Shown here: positions 63,589-64,000 of the stretch, piece by piece
How the letters are laid out: each line of letters starts with the position of its first letter
How positions within the stretch are numbered: position 1 is the first letter of the stretch
Assembly (NCBI GenBank): GCA_038324085.1
Contig: JBBQHP010000003.1
Span: 64,720 to 128,719, forward strand
Source of the DNA: Burkholderiales bacterium
GTDB lineage: Bacteria > Pseudomonadota > Gammaproteobacteria > Burkholderiales > Ga0077523
Direction of reading: 5' to 3'
Length of the DNA: 64,000 nt
Translations under genes and position numbers: made by a program
The notes under the pieces: generated by a model
Told to the model about the DNA's origin: nothing
The model's input: only the letters and a program-made list of their open reading frames with translations
Database searches by the model: none

Positions 63589-64000
63589 GTGGAATTCTTC
63601 CTGGTGACATTGCTGAACAGCCTGTCCTACGGACTGCTGCTGTTCATGTTGTCGAGCGGCCTCACGCTGATCTTCAGCATGATGGGGGTGCTGAATTTCG
63701 CGCATGCGAGCTTCTACATGCTGGGCGCCTATTTCGCCTACCAGACCAGCGTCTACCTGGGGTTCTGGCCGGCGCTGGTCGTGGCGCCTTTGCTCGTCGC
63801 GCTGTGCGGTGCGGTTACCGAGCGCTACGGGTTGCGCACCGTGCACCGCTACGGCCACGTGGCCGAACTGCTGTTCACTTTCGGCCTCGCCTACATCATC
63901 GAGGAGGTGGTGCACCTGATCTGGGGGCGGGCGCCCGTGCCCTACCGCATTCCGGACGTCCTCGACTTCTCCGCGTTCTCGATTTTCAGCACCCTCTACC
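63589..64000 (+). CDS. branched-chain amino acid ABC transporter permease (LivH-like), 5-prime fragment
   Basis: Hand translation from GTG 63589 gives (M)EFFLVTLLNSLSYGLLLFMLSSGLTLIFSMMGVLNFAHASFYMLGAYFAY.... Open to the window end, so it is absent from the ORF track. Confidence 0.7.
   Translation, partial: MEFFLVTLLNSLSYGLLLFMLSSGLTLIFSMMGVLNFAHASFYMLGAYFAYQTSVYLGFWPALVVAPLLVALCGAVTERYGLRTVHRYGHVAELLFTFGLAYIIEEVVHLIWGRAPVPYRIPDVLDFSAFSIFSTLY

Overview
High-GC proteobacterial chromosomal segment. All gene calls rest on motifs I recognised by eye in the supplied translations; I ran no database search. The region 1-10.7 kb holds housekeeping genes: a desaturase fragment, an MscS channel, an RNA m5C methyltransferase, a DUF3108-like protein, purN, purM, hda, a HAD hydrolase, pcnB, a deoxynucleoside kinase, panB and panC. 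I associate this gene order with Betaproteobacteria (inference). The region 10690-52335 is a complete-looking purple-bacterial photosynthesis gene cluster. It runs bchI-bchD-bchO-crtI-crtB, then crtD-crtC on the reverse strand, then crtE-crtF-bchC-bchX-bchY-bchZ-pufB-(extra beta-like ORF)-pufA-pufL-pufM-pufC. Next comes a 14-kb reverse-strand superoperon, bchF-N-B-H-L-M-lhaA-puhA-B-C-acsF-puhE, followed by ppaA(aerR)-ppsR-bchG-pucC-like-bchP. The region 52.4-59.6 kb holds a DUF3422-like protein, a small membrane ORF, a PpsR paralogue lacking the DNA-binding domain, a non-kinase bacteriophytochrome, and a convergent operon of a heme oxygenase with a membrane-anchored alpha/beta-hydrolase. The right end holds a DUF4124-like protein, an acyl-CoA ligase, a Liv-type ABC binding protein and a permease fragment. 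I saw no rRNA, tRNA, CRISPR array, IS element or integrase. No puc (LH2), pufQ, pufX, bchE or bchJ gene lies in this window. The best leads are: (1) a translated-looking LH1 beta paralogue between pufB and pufA whose BChl-ligating His is Gln; (2) PufC fused at its C-terminus to an OmpA-like peptidoglycan-binding domain; (3) an HTH-less PpsR paralogue paired with a BphP1-type phytochrome; (4) a shared promoter-operator architecture (TGT-N12-ACA over a TTGACA -35 box, with a TAGNNT -10) at crtE, bchC, bchF and bchG; (5) two short ORFs below the ORF-track cutoff, after crtB and between bchY and bchZ, plus a structured roughly 500-nt non-coding tail after pufC. Many long ORFs in the track are GC-rich shadow frames or N-terminally over-extended. 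I re-set starts where homology, SD sequences or stop/start overlaps argued for it.
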